DNA of 32,000 nucleotides from Streptantibioticus cattleyicolor NRRL 8057 = DSM 46488 (GTDB lineage Bacteria; Actinomycetota; Actinomycetes; Streptomycetales; Streptomycetaceae): NCBI RefSeq assembly GCF_000240165.1, contig NC_017586.1, positions 4,445,228 to 4,477,227 of the forward strand, read 5' to 3'. Shown piece by piece: positions 31,732 to 32,000 of this stretch (position 1 is its first letter; each line of letters starts with the position of its first letter). The notes under the pieces were generated by a model. It saw only the letters and a program-made list of their open reading frames with translations, ran no database searches and was not told where the DNA came from. The position numbers and the translations under genes were made by a program.

Positions 31732-32000
31732 ATGGCGGACGACACCCGGCTCACGCAGGGACGCGAGGAGCGGCCGGAGCGCGGCGCCGCCGGCCGCGGT
31801 CGCGGCAGCCACCGCAGGCGCCGCCGGCGCACCGGCCGGCGGATCGCCGCCTGGGCGCTGGCCGCCGTGGTGGTGGTCGGCGGCAGCGGCGTCGGGTACG
31901 CCTACTTCCGGCTCAACGGCAACATCACCGGCGTCGACATCGACGCCCAGCTCGGCGCCGACCGCCCCGCCGACACCGACAACGGCTCCCAGGACATCCT
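31732..32000 (+). CDS. LCP (LytR-CpsA-Psr) family protein, N-terminal part (3' end outside the window)
   Basis: ATG 31732. Arg-rich cytoplasmic tail, single TM (IAAWALAAVVVVGGSGVGYAYF), then NGNITGVDIDAQLG...GSQDIL, typical of the start of an LCP domain. The frame stays open to the window end. Confidence 0.7.
   Translation, partial: MADDTRLTQGREERPERGAAGRGRGSHRRRRRRTGRRIAAWALAAVVVVGGSGVGYAYFRLNGNITGVDIDAQLGADRPADTDNGSQDI

Overview
High-GC actinomycete chromosomal segment. From memory of the published proteins it matches Streptomyces cattleya. The centre of the window (about 7.7-19.0 kb) is the 12-gene fluorometabolite (fl) locus in the order flL-flK-flJ-flI-flH-flG-flF-flA-flB-flC-flD-flE. 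It includes the fluorinase FlA (5'-fluoro-5'-deoxyadenosine synthase, C-F bond-forming), the 5'-FDA phosphorylase FlB and the fluoroacetyl-CoA thioesterase FlK. This system is already described (fluorinase 2002; cluster paper Huang et al. 2006, recalled from memory), so the locus is exceptional rather than new. To the left lie a ClpC-like ATPase (5' partial), a SEDS/class-B PBP pair, a D-amino-acid oxidase and glgB. To the right lie tRNA-Arg(CCG), a CheY-like response regulator, an ArgRS paralogue lacking the catalytic core, the conserved lysA-hom-thrC-thrB-rho block, a secreted trypsin/FG-GAP protease and the start of an LCP gene. Several sequence-level observations are not ones I recall being described. 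(1) Two homologous MITE-like elements with 14-bp terminal inverted repeats sit in inverted orientation and bracket flF-flA-flB-flC. One shows a TA target duplication that creates both neighbouring stop codons. (2) The flH leader is structured: a 9-bp helix sequesters the GUG start, and the leader carries sequence islands reminiscent of the fluoride (crcB) riboswitch. (3) All GAATTC sites in the window fall within 8.5-15.3 kb of the fl locus. (4) All three receiver-type fl regulators have degenerate phospho-acceptor pockets and no kinase is present. (5) A low-GC flE plus a decayed segment abuts the 3' end of tRNA-Arg, which looks like an island boundary. Many long overlapping ORFs in the six-frame track are high-GC artefacts and were rejected.
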